In this document: piece by piece, positions 25,539 through 34,630 of the stretch | How positions within the stretch are numbered: the stretch's first letter is position 1 | Layout of the letters: each line of letters starts with the position of its first letter | Source: a phage | Sequence record: PZ019084.1 | Length of the DNA stretch: 64,000 nucleotides | Direction: 5' to 3' (one strand) | The notes under the pieces: model-generated | Database searches by the model: none | The model's input: only the letters and a program-made list of their open reading frames with translations | What the model was told of the DNA's origin: nothing | Program-made: the position numbers and the translations under genes

Positions 25539-25592
25539 TCCTCATGTTATGTCAGTAAGATTACTATAACACAACACGATGGACTTGTAAAC
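25539..25592 (-). promoter_or_regulatory. early promoter/leader cassette, copy 1 of a 54-bp repeat
   Basis: Minus strand has GTTTAC (25592-25587), 18 nt, TATAGT (25568-25563), then a leader with a GAGGA SD. It matches 41539-41592 at 53 of 54 positions. Confidence 0.65.
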
Positions 25593-27649
25593 TACATCTT
25601 GAACTTTTTAGACATTCCGTTAATGTTAACCAAAGAAGCTAAGATTTGAGAAACTTCGTTTTCCTCTTCTTTTGATTCTTCTACAAGGAATTGATTAAAT
25701 CCAGCCATTGGACGAACTTCACCAGTTTCCATTAAATGGTCGCCATCATATACTGATTCTTCTAATTGTTCAGAAGGAGGAACGATTGTACCTTCGATTA
25801 GATACTTGTTATAAGCAGTTTCTTTCATAAAGTAAGTACTTACTTTATTAATCTTCAGTAAAATTCCACGTGGTAGAATAACTTCAGCTTCTGATGGAAA
25901 TCCTGATAAATGACCTGGAACGATAACTTTGATTCGCTCAGCTCCTTTAATTACCATACCCACGCTAGTTTCAGCATCTTCATTAGCATATGTAGAATGA
26001 CTACCCATATGCATTAAATCTTCAGCATCAACTGAACCTTCTCCTTCACCAGAAAATACTGCGCCGGAATCATCTAGAGCCATATAGTTTTTACCATGCT
26101 CACCGAAGATATTTGGTTTAAGCGATGTGGATACGAAGTTCTTGAAATAAAACATTTTATTTTCAATATTATGACGTAAAGTTTTAAAAGTAACTTCTTG
26201 TCCACGATAAAGCGTAGTTCCTGGAGGAAGAACTGACCCTTTGGCAAAGGCAGAATCCATTGTCTCGATGTGTTTAATAGCTCGTTCCATGTATTCTTCA
26301 CGGGTAGAATCTGGTTTACCCAAGAGGAACGAGTTCATTTCAACATATGAATCTGCACAATAATCTTCAATTACATCAGACTCAGCCTGAGTTAATCCTT
26401 TTGGAGTTACTTCAGTACTTGCATATTCATATGCCTGGGCAGCAGATTCATTAATCAATTTATAAATGCCATTCATGACAAATTGAATAATAGCTACCTT
26501 TTCGTCTGGCGTGGCTTTAGAACCTTTAACTAAATCATTAATAATTTTCTTAATAACATCAAAGCTATTAGAAATATTAATATCAGCAAGATCGCTCAAA
26601 ATTTTATCAGTTTTATAATCAAAGAATTCTTTATTCTTTAAATATTCTTGAGAACCTTGATATGTTATATCGCTCTGCAACTTGATGGATGGATCACGTA
26701 AACGTGCATGGGCTAATGCAATATGATTTCGGAAGTTTTCTAGTTCATAATCGCTAGATTTAAAACGAGAAGCACTTCTCATACCACCGATAGCTCCTTT
26801 GCTGAAGTTTGAACCAATCTGAATAACCCCAGAGTTCATTGGTCCTTCTGCTTTATATACCGGAACTTTAGATTCAAACTCTTGATATTTCTTGGCAGCG
26901 AAGCTATCACCCTGAAGTGAAGCATCGACAGTAGAATATTGAGCTTGTGCTGCTAATCGACGACTAATTTTAGTTTTCTGAATAACAGCTTGATCCGTGC
27001 GCTTATCATTTTCTAAAGCAATAGAAGCAGCAACAGCAACAGCTTTAGGAACAGCATTACCTGTTTTAACATCTACATAAACATCACCAACCTTTGATTC
27101 AACTTTTGTGAATAACTCAGTTGAAATAGGAGGTACACCTGGAATGTCTTCTAAATTGGCATTTTTACGGTAAACCATAATATATGCATACTTTTTATCA
27201 TAATCCCAGATTTCCTTTAAAAGAACATATCGACCTGCTCCTTTAGTACGTACTAAACGGTCAGCAATAACTTGCATTTGACGAGCTGCGCCATTTGTTT
27301 TACTTTTTAGTACGCGGAATAGGCATGCGTCAATTTTATACTGTTTCATTGTTTGAAGAGCAGTATCAAAAACGGCATTAATGACACCAATTGGATTTCC
27401 ACCCAAGTTTTTAAGTTTAACTAATGATAGTTTCTCATTAACACCTATCATTACGATATGCATCATTTTATCGCCTGGCTTAACGTTTTTATTTGTATCA
27501 CCGCCAGAGGTGTATGTACAAAATCTAAATCCAGGAAGCACACTTTCTTCGCCGGCTTGAATAGCAAAAATTTGAGGTATTTTATGCTTAGGATTTAAGT
27601 TAACAACCGGCGCCGAAGCGCCGTCAAATAATTCTGTAATAAGTTCCAT
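25592..27649 (-). CDS. Alt-like NAD:protein ADP-ribosyltransferase paralogue, intact 685 aa
   Basis: The N-terminal 230 aa are homologous to the neighbouring alt copy. R-S-E ART signature is present: TLYRGQ, NFVSTSL, SEAEVILPRG. Confidence 0.85.
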   Translation of the reverse strand: MELITELFDGASAPVVNLNPKHKIPQIFAIQAGEESVLPGFRFCTYTSGGDTNKNVKPGDKMMHIVMIGVNEKLSLVKLKNLGGNPIGVINAVFDTALQTMKQYKIDACLFRVLKSKTNGAARQMQVIADRLVRTKGAGRYVLLKEIWDYDKKYAYIMVYRKNANLEDIPGVPPISTELFTKVESKVGDVYVDVKTGNAVPKAVAVAASIALENDKRTDQAVIQKTKISRRLAAQAQYSTVDASLQGDSFAAKKYQEFESKVPVYKAEGPMNSGVIQIGSNFSKGAIGGMRSASRFKSSDYELENFRNHIALAHARLRDPSIKLQSDITYQGSQEYLKNKEFFDYKTDKILSDLADINISNSFDVIKKIINDLVKGSKATPDEKVAIIQFVMNGIYKLINESAAQAYEYASTEVTPKGLTQAESDVIEDYCADSYVEMNSFLLGKPDSTREEYMERAIKHIETMDSAFAKGSVLPPGTTLYRGQEVTFKTLRHNIENKMFYFKNFVSTSLKPNIFGEHGKNYMALDDSGAVFSGEGEGSVDAEDLMHMGSHSTYANEDAETSVGMVIKGAERIKVIVPGHLSGFPSEAEVILPRGILLKINKVSTYFMKETAYNKYLIEGTIVPPSEQLEESVYDGDHLMETGEVRPMAGFNQFLVEESKEEENEVSQILASLVNINGMSKKFKM

Positions 27650-27652
27650 GAT

Positions 27653-29729
27653 TTATCCTTGAACGAACTTGTAAGGCATGTTTGTAATATCTATGCAAGA
27701 CGCAATAATTCCAAGAGATGATTCTACTTTTTGTTTAACATTTGATGAAACAAATGATGCAAAGTCAACTCTGTCTTCTATTTCAATATCACCTGTCATT
27801 GCAACTACTTCACCAGTTTCCATTAGACGGTCACCGTCATAAATGACTGATTCGGTGAGTTCTTCCGTAGTCATAACTTCAGCTTGAATGAGTTTTGTAT
27901 TATTAGATGTTGTTCCGTCATTATTAGAAGCATCAGTTATTTTATTAACTTTGACCAATAACTTCAGCTTCTGTTGCTATTCCGAGACTTCCTGGATATA
28001 CAACATTAACTTTATGAGCTCCATCAATTGCCCATCCTATTTGAACTTTAACGTATTCAGGATTTTCTTTATACGCTCTTATTTCGTTTGGATTAATAGT
28101 TATTCCTTCTTCATTTTTATCAACTGTTAATTCATTACGAGCTTCTGGTTCTAAAAGACCAATACCAGCATGTGTAATTCCAAAACGTCCAAAAATGATA
28201 GGAGTTAAAGAAGTAGATACAAAATTTCTGAAATAGAACACTTTATTTTTAACTAGTGCTTCGTATATAGGAGCAGTCATACTTTGAGCACGATAAACTG
28301 TAATGCCTTCTGGTATACGGTCACCATTTTCAAAAGCTGAATCTAAGTTATTTATAGCAGATTCAATTTCTTTTTCACTCATTACATCATATCGTTCTGG
28401 ATTGTAGCGTCCTAAAAGAAGATTATTGATGTCAGTATATCCTGAACCACAATACTCTCTAATGCCGCGCTTTTGTGATGGAGTATATTTAGAACCATCA
28501 CGGGCAATAGTAATATCAATCATTGGACCTGCACCAATTCCAGAAAAGCTATAAATCATTCGTTTGAGGAATTTAGTTTTTGCTGCTTTCCAGGAATTTT
28601 TAGTTATTTCTTCCCAGACTTCATCTGGCTGTCCTTTACGGGTTTTATTATGTTTATCAAGCCAAGTATCTTTATATTCTTCAAAGAATTTATTAATAGC
28701 TGCTGCATACTTCTCTAAACATTTTATTGAAGTAGTTGGTTCATTTTTAATCGCATTAAGAATTACATCTTTAATTTTTTCAGAAACTTCATTAACCTCA
28801 CTTTTTGAAAAGAATTTATAATCATAGTGAAGTTCATCTGCAGTTCCTTCGGCAATAATTTTTGCTGCCTTAGTTTTAGAAGCTAGTGAATTAATTCCAA
28901 GTTTCATTTCTTCCGCTTCGGGAATTAAAGGAGCTGTGGCAGGTTTATTGAAATTAGCTGCAGTAGATTCATACTTTTGGAATAATTCACTTTCAAATCT
29001 AGAAGATTCCAATGACTGACTTTGTGCAATTGCTCTACGGGAAATTTTAACTTTAACGATTACAGCTTGGTCAGAACGTTTATCATTTTCTTGCGCAATA
29101 GATGCTGCAATTGCCTCATTTTTAGTTACTTGAGCTCCAGTATCTTTATTGATATAAACATCACCGACCTTCGATTCAACTTTAGTAAAGAGCTCGGTGC
29201 TAATTTCCGGAACTCCTGGAATGTCTTCTAATGATACATTTTTGCGATGTATAAGAATATATGCGTACTTTTTATCGTAATCCCAGAGTTCCTTAAGAAG
29301 GACGTATCTGCCACCTGAACGACTACGGATAAGTCTATCAGCAATAACTTGAATTTGTCGAGCTTGACCAGCAGTTTTAGACTTAAGAATACGAAGCATG
29401 CAGGCATCAATTTTATACTGGCGCATCGTCTGCATTGCAACAGTAAAAACTGAATTGATATAATTAATTGGGCTTGGACCGAGACCTTTTAATTTAGCAA
29501 TTGAACCTTTAGCAGTTAATGTAAAAGGAACAATATGCATCATTTTATCGCCCATCTTTAAATCGCGATTAGTATCACCTCCAGATGTATAGGTACATAA
29601 ACGAAAGCCTGGTTGTTCAATTGCGTCATCAACATGAACTGAAAAAATTTGCGGTATTTTCTTCTTTGGATTTAAGTTTGTAATCGGAAGAGTAGTATCT
29701 TCGTCAAATAATTCTGTAATAAGTTCCAT
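27653..29729 (-). pseudogene. alt: Alt ADP-ribosyltransferase gene interrupted by a frame-shifting deletion (595-codon and 101-codon pieces)
   Basis: ART motifs VYRAQ, NFVSTSL and TEAEVI are followed by a premature TAA at 27945-27947. The remaining C-terminal tail (LVKVNKITD...YDGDRLMETGEV...) is in another frame starting at 27958. Confidence 0.8.
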
Positions 29730-29781
29730 CATAGCCTCTCTAGTGTTTATTCTATTTATAAAATTAAAGGCCCGAAGGCCT

Positions 29782-29970
29782 TTAATAATCTATTGGTAAG
29801 AGAGTACGATATATTTCAAACTTTGGTCCTTTTTCATAGGCATCAAATGTTTCTGTGAATTTATTATAAGCATATGCATCTACAAATTCGAGAATGACTT
29901 GTGATACAGAAGTAGAAACATCTCCACCTTCTTTTTGAGCAATGACAATTGTTTCTAAGTAAGCTTTCAT
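29782..29970 (-). CDS. hypothetical 62-aa protein between gene 30 and alt
   Basis: ORF overlapping the ligase stop by ATGA-type coupling. Confidence 0.6.
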   Translation of the reverse strand: MKAYLETIVIAQKEGGDVSTSVSQVILEFVDAYAYNKFTETFDAYEKGPKFEIYRTLLPIDY

Positions 29971-31430
29971 AGACCAGTTACCTCATGAAAATCACCAAAT
30001 ACATCCTCGAATGTATTAGCTTTAGTTTTATCTTCACGTAAACGAATCGCAATTGGAAGAAATAATTTAACGTAATCAGTGCGGCCATCAGATTTTAACC
30101 AACCGTTGCATTCACACTCTAGAATTTTTCCAATATAATAATTTTGGTTTTCCATAATGCGAGTACGGTCAAGTTCATGTGATTTTACACCGGCTTTATC
30201 TTTTAAGCCTGAACCAGCATTTACTTTAATTTTTCCACATTCTGATTCAAGAATAAATCCACCGGCTTTAGTAGGGTCTTTACGGTGAGGATAAATTCCT
30301 ACAATTTTTAAATCAACATCAATTACTTCTTTAAATTTATAGAGATTTTTTGAACGAGCATTTTCCCATAATCCATCGGTATTTTTGAGAATAATACCTT
30401 CAAGACCTTGGTCAATATACTTTTTATAAATTACCTTAGCTTCATCTAGGTTATTTACTACCTGGTTTTCAATTAAAATTACTTTATCATATCCTGATGT
30501 CATTTGTTCTAGTTTAGAAAAACGTACATCATATTTTAAACGAAACGCTGGAAGACCGTATATTTCTACCAACGGGACATAATCCCAGACCTGAAACTTC
30601 ATGCATTGAGCTTCTTTTTCAGAAATGGTTCCTTTTAAGGATTTATTGGCGATTCCATTAGAAGTAGTACGAGATTCCGCTACTTCGGCGAATTCTTTAG
30701 CTTTACTAATTTCAGGATAAGCATCAAAAAGAAAATCTAGGCCTTCTGGTTCCTTTTTAACTTGCTCATGGTATACCAATTCGCCATCAATTAACACACC
30801 TTCTGGATGAATCTGGCGGGCTTCAGCAGTCATTTTGATTAACTCTTCCTTAAGAAGATCTAATCCTAGATATTCATTACCAGCTCGTGATAAAAGACGA
30901 ACATCATCTAATTCATCGCCTCGGACTTCAGCAAAACACCGAGCTCCATCTGCTTTTAACTGCGCAAAGGCTGGAAACTTGATATTCTTACTAATACCTT
31001 TTTCATCATAAGAACTTGCCAGCATTTGAGGTTGTTCAGGAATTAAACCTGGCCAAACTTTGTTTGCAATAGATACTGAAGCACCGCATTCAAGGTCTCG
31101 CATCATCACTCGACGCAAAACTTCAACATCATCCTTTTTACCATCAGTGATATATCCAGTTAATTCCTCAATTGCAGCATTTCCAGTCAATTTCCGAGTA
31201 GCTAACGTGAATTCAATGAAGTCAAGCATATCGGTAATAGTCAGCATTCCAAAACTCTGGGTAGCAATACCAGGCTTAGGCCATTTCTTAATATAATACT
31301 GTAACCCACGAGAATAAGTCAGACGATATACCCGTTTAAGCAATTCATTATCTTTATTCTTTTCAAGAATTGCTTGCTTCTGCTTAGTTGATCCAATAGA
31401 TGCTATTTCATTCAGAATTTTAAGAATCAT
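29967..31430 (-). CDS. 30: ATP-dependent DNA ligase, 487 aa
   Basis: Adenylation motif AQLKADGARC (KxDG). Length matches T4 gp30. Confidence 0.95.
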   Translation of the reverse strand: MILKILNEIASIGSTKQKQAILEKNKDNELLKRVYRLTYSRGLQYYIKKWPKPGIATQSFGMLTITDMLDFIEFTLATRKLTGNAAIEELTGYITDGKKDDVEVLRRVMMRDLECGASVSIANKVWPGLIPEQPQMLASSYDEKGISKNIKFPAFAQLKADGARCFAEVRGDELDDVRLLSRAGNEYLGLDLLKEELIKMTAEARQIHPEGVLIDGELVYHEQVKKEPEGLDFLFDAYPEISKAKEFAEVAESRTTSNGIANKSLKGTISEKEAQCMKFQVWDYVPLVEIYGLPAFRLKYDVRFSKLEQMTSGYDKVILIENQVVNNLDEAKVIYKKYIDQGLEGIILKNTDGLWENARSKNLYKFKEVIDVDLKIVGIYPHRKDPTKAGGFILESECGKIKVNAGSGLKDKAGVKSHELDRTRIMENQNYYIGKILECECNGWLKSDGRTDYVKLFLPIAIRLREDKTKANTFEDVFGDFHEVTGL

Positions 31431-31696
31431 TGTTCATCCTTCAGAGTTTGATTTACAGCTCTATTATAAATCAATTCATCATTAAGCTCAGTCAAAGACC
31501 TATGATATGTAGTTCTAACTTTATTTCCTTGCATCCAGTGCTTGACGTAAATGAAACCTTGCTCTACACATTTTTTAAAAATTCGTTCGTCTTTTTGAGC
31601 TCGGAATTCTGGATTGCATCTAAAAAATTGATTTACGTGACCGTAATCACGCGTAGTATTACCTTCATTTTCATAAATAGTGTGAACGACAAACAT
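31427..31696 (-). CDS. 30.1: hypothetical protein, 89 aa
   Basis: ORF coupled to neighbours, at the T4 30.1 position. Confidence 0.7.
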   Translation of the reverse strand: MFVVHTIYENEGNTTRDYGHVNQFFRCNPEFRAQKDERIFKKCVEQGFIYVKHWMQGNKVRTTYHRSLTELNDELIYNRAVNQTLKDEQ

Positions 31697-32535
31697 TAGA
31701 ATGCTCCTTGGAAAATATTATCACCACAAGTAGGTCTATTATACAAATACTCTATTCCACCAGGTTTAATATAGTTCCATGTCTGAAACGGATGTGTCTG
31801 ATATGGATGATATAGATGATTATAAGGATTAAATCCAGGAGTTCTCCAGGTAGTGTTCCAACGAAAAGAATCGTTTTTAACCATCTTCTCAATTAAATCT
31901 TTTATAGCTTTTTCACTATCAAAACTTTCTTTATTTTCCTTCGGCGAAAAAAGCTTATTTTCTACATCATTCCATGTATAAACTCGCTGCGCAGTTTTTG
32001 GAATATTGTCACGCTCTCCTCGCGCCATCCAATAAACAGGAACACTTAATATTTCACTCGCATGGTCGCAGTGGTGAGCAAGATCGTCAATATAACAAAT
32101 CACGTTATATTTCTCTTTTGCCTTTTTAAATAACTCTTCTTTTGAAGAATCATGACCACACATCATTACTTCTGAGAAGGCACCAGGAAAAAGAGCATTC
32201 AAATTAAATTGACGATTCAGCAGAGCGTCAATAGAATCACCCAATGCTGTAACAGCTACAAAATTATAATCTTCTTTTAATTTGTTAATTACACACAGGG
32301 CATCTTTATATGGAGACAAGTAACGAATAAAATCTGATCGATTGTATTTTTCAATTAGCTTGACACCGAGTTCTTCATCGCAATTAAAGAGTTTACCTGG
32401 AGAAATAAATTTCTCATCTTGGATCATTTTTAAAATATGTTCTAACGGAAGATTATATTTCTGAGCAAAATAAGGAAGGCCTGATTGCCAGCTTAAACAT
32501 ACTCCATCAATATCAGTTAAAATAGTAGGCTTCAT
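31696..32535 (-). CDS. 30.2: HAD-superfamily phosphatase-like protein, 279 aa
   Basis: N-terminal DxDGV motif (LTDIDGVCL) and a later IDD motif. At the T4 30.2 position. Confidence 0.7.
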   Translation of the reverse strand: MKPTILTDIDGVCLSWQSGLPYFAQKYNLPLEHILKMIQDEKFISPGKLFNCDEELGVKLIEKYNRSDFIRYLSPYKDALCVINKLKEDYNFVAVTALGDSIDALLNRQFNLNALFPGAFSEVMMCGHDSSKEELFKKAKEKYNVICYIDDLAHHCDHASEILSVPVYWMARGERDNIPKTAQRVYTWNDVENKLFSPKENKESFDSEKAIKDLIEKMVKNDSFRWNTTWRTPGFNPYNHLYHPYQTHPFQTWNYIKPGGIEYLYNRPTCGDNIFQGAF

Positions 32536-32996
32536 AGAGAGTCTCTTAATAGATTTAACACATCAATAAATTCAGCTTCGGTTAGTATTGTATCATCTTT
32601 TGTTAGACCACTAGCCATGCTGTGCTTCAAAACTTTTCCTTTCGAGGCTTGTAATGCATCGCGAAAGCCCTTGTTTTGGAACGCTGCTTCAAAATATGCA
32701 TTTGTGTATAATTCTTTCCACGCCGGGGAATATCTTGAAAACGGAGTTCCAAGCCAGAAGAGGGTCCCACGGTCCTGAGCTCTAGCATAAGACCTTCCAG
32801 CTTGTTGGGCGGCAAGCCCGGATAACCCAAATATACGACGTTGCTGTTCAACATTTTTCACCTTACATCCTTGGAGGAATCCTTCGAGACCTCCGAATTG
32901 AATACCATCCATGACGAAAGGCCATTGGGCGAAATTACTTAATGCGCATGATGGCCATCTAAAATTGCTTCTTATCTCTAACTCAGACATTTTCAA
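32532..32996 (-). CDS. 30.3: NADAR/YbiA (DUF1768)-like protein, 154 aa
   Basis: SNFAQWPFVMDGIQFGGLEGFLQGCK resembles the E. coli YbiA core SNFAAWPIKVDGKTWPTSEHYFQAQK. A downstream AAxxxGR block is also shared. Confidence 0.7.
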   Translation of the reverse strand: MKMSELEIRSNFRWPSCALSNFAQWPFVMDGIQFGGLEGFLQGCKVKNVEQQRRIFGLSGLAAQQAGRSYARAQDRGTLFWLGTPFSRYSPAWKELYTNAYFEAAFQNKGFRDALQASKGKVLKHSMASGLTKDDTILTEAEFIDVLNLLRDSL

Positions 32997-33189
32997 TACT
33001 TATAATTTCAACATCAGCCCAATGACCATAGCAAGGAAGACGAAATTCAACTGGCCAGTTAGGGTCCTTTTCTAATATAATAGACTGAACTTGTGGCTCT
33101 TCATATTCATCGGTATACGGACCTTTATACGTTACTTTATATGTGACCTTAATATACTGAATTCCAAAAATCTTATTAATTATATTCAT
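32983..33189 (-). CDS. 30.4: hypothetical protein, 68 aa
   Basis: ORF in the coupled operon, in synteny with T4. Confidence 0.6.
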   Translation of the reverse strand: MNIINKIFGIQYIKVTYKVTYKGPYTDEYEEPQVQSIILEKDPNWPVEFRLPCYGHWADVEIISIENV

Positions 33190-33383
33190 ACTAATTCCTT
33201 TAATCCGTAAATAGGAGATAATTCATCGCCCATACGAAGGTCTTCATTTCCATCTACCCAGGAAACAATATAAGCCTCTTTTATTTGAATACCGCTCCAT
33301 TTAAATGGAGGTAGAACCTTAGAAATTAATCCAGGTATACCAACTCCCTTTAATTCAACAGTTTGACCTAAAAAGAATTTCAT
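33186..33383 (-). CDS. 30.5: hypothetical protein, 65 aa
   Basis: ORF in the coupled operon, in synteny with T4. Confidence 0.6.
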   Translation of the reverse strand: MKFFLGQTVELKGVGIPGLISKVLPPFKWSGIQIKEAYIVSWVDGNEDLRMGDELSPIYGLKELV

Positions 33384-33670
33384 TAGAACCTCATCTGAAA
33401 ACCGTGCGATTTAACATTACCGCCGCCAATATCAGAAATGTTAATTTCACGCGCAATTGAAGGGTCAATGTCAATTTCACGATTGAGTTTAGTGATAGCT
33501 AAAGTATCGCGGCCATTTACAATACGGAACTCTAAAGGGCAGACTACATTAACATAGTTTTTAATCGATTCACTAGTAGGCTGCAAATGAGCAGGAAGGT
33601 CTTTAGGTGCCTTAGAGAAAACCACTTCACAGAAATTTTTGCGGGTATCAAAATAAGTAGTCATAAACAT
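33383..33670 (-). CDS. 30.6: hypothetical protein, 95 aa
   Basis: ORF in the coupled operon, in synteny with T4. Confidence 0.6.
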   Translation of the reverse strand: MFMTTYFDTRKNFCEVVFSKAPKDLPAHLQPTSESIKNYVNVVCPLEFRIVNGRDTLAITKLNREIDIDPSIAREINISDIGGGNVKSHGFQMRF

Positions 33671-33711
33671 AGTATTTTCCTCAGTAAGGGGCCGAAGCCC
33701 CTCATTTTATT

Positions 33712-34077
33712 TTAAATATCAAATTCGTTAAGAACTACATCAAAGATTGCTTCAAGATGCTCAGGTTTAGCTCTGTTACTCAGAATATGACGAATCCAAG
33801 TTTTAACTAGAAGCTTACGATTAACGCCATTCCAGCAAGGATGAGTCCCTAAATCACGTTGACGGAAATCATCATCTAATGCGATTTTAAAAGAAGAACC
33901 TTCTTTCGTGATTGAAACCGTGATGCCATTTTCAAATCGCATATAAACGTAGTTAGGAGTCATATACTGTTCAATTTCGCATACTGATCCATTTTGATGT
34001 TTCCAAAGGCAGATAGTATCAATAGAACCTGCAATACCGTTAGAAACATATTTACGTTCAAAGTTGATGTAGTTCAT
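33712..34077 (-). CDS. 30.7: hypothetical protein, 121 aa
   Basis: ORF with a GGAGAA RBS, in synteny with T4. Confidence 0.65.
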   Translation of the reverse strand: MNYINFERKYVSNGIAGSIDTICLWKHQNGSVCEIEQYMTPNYVYMRFENGITVSITKEGSSFKIALDDDFRQRDLGTHPCWNGVNRKLLVKTWIRHILSNRAKPEHLEAIFDVVLNEFDI

Positions 34078-34114
34078 TTTTATTCTCCGAGATGTTTAAT
34101 TGCGGTACAGGTAT

Positions 34115-34143
34115 ATAATATCATATCCTGTACCAAAGTAAAC
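34115..34143 (-). promoter_or_regulatory. early promoter upstream of 30.7
   Basis: Minus strand reads GTTTAC-N17-TATTAT. The -10 element lies in the loop of an 8-bp inverted repeat (34104-34111 / 34127-34134). Confidence 0.5.
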
Positions 34144-34147
34144 TATT

Positions 34148-34516
34148 TTATGCAACTTTAATCCAATTATCTAAATTTAATTCACCTTTGGCTTTCATTT
34201 TTTCAATCAAGAGGTCAGCGGTAATACGACCATTTTGATACCACGTAACATCTTCAGAGTAACCAGTTTCTTTATCTTCATAAGTCTCACAGCGAATTTT
34301 ACCAAGAATCAAAGTTTTTAATTCGTATGTATCTCCAGTAAAAAAGTTAGTTAACATTATTTTCCAAGAGAAATCATCAGAAGGACCTTCAGGAGTCATA
34401 CAATCTACGAATTCAAATTGTTCTTTATATAAATGCCACTGAAGTTCTTTAGTTTCGATAGCTTTATAGCCGTCGTGATCTTTACCTTTGATGTATGAGT
34501 TAAGATTGATTTTCAT
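34148..34516 (-). CDS. 30.8: hypothetical protein, 122 aa
   Basis: ORF with a GGAGAA RBS, in synteny with T4. Confidence 0.65.
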   Translation of the reverse strand: MKINLNSYIKGKDHDGYKAIETKELQWHLYKEQFEFVDCMTPEGPSDDFSWKIMLTNFFTGDTYELKTLILGKIRCETYEDKETGYSEDVTWYQNGRITADLLIEKMKAKGELNLDNWIKVA

Positions 34517-34543
34517 TTTATTCTCCTTTGTTTGTGTAAGATA

Positions 34544-34573
34544 ATACTATCACAAAGGAACCATACTGTAAAC
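34544..34573 (-). promoter_or_regulatory. early promoter upstream of 30.8
   Basis: Minus strand reads GTTTAC-N18-TAGTAT. Confidence 0.5.
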
Positions 34574-34595
34574 AACTTTGTGCAATCTTTGGAAA

Positions 34596-34626
34596 ATAAA
34601 AAAAAAAGGACTCCCGAAGGAGTCCT
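34596..34626 (-). terminator. strong rho-independent terminator after the small basic ORF
   Basis: AGGACTCC-cgaa-GGAGTCCT 8-bp stem, followed on the minus strand by a run of about 11 U. Confidence 0.8.
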
Positions 34627-34630
34627 CAAC

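Noticed and set aside
32627-32854. 75-aa same-strand alternative-frame ORF nested in the 30.3-position gene
   Set aside because: I recall that T4 annotation lists a 30.3' ORF here. From this sequence alone there is no RBS or motif support, so it is not called.
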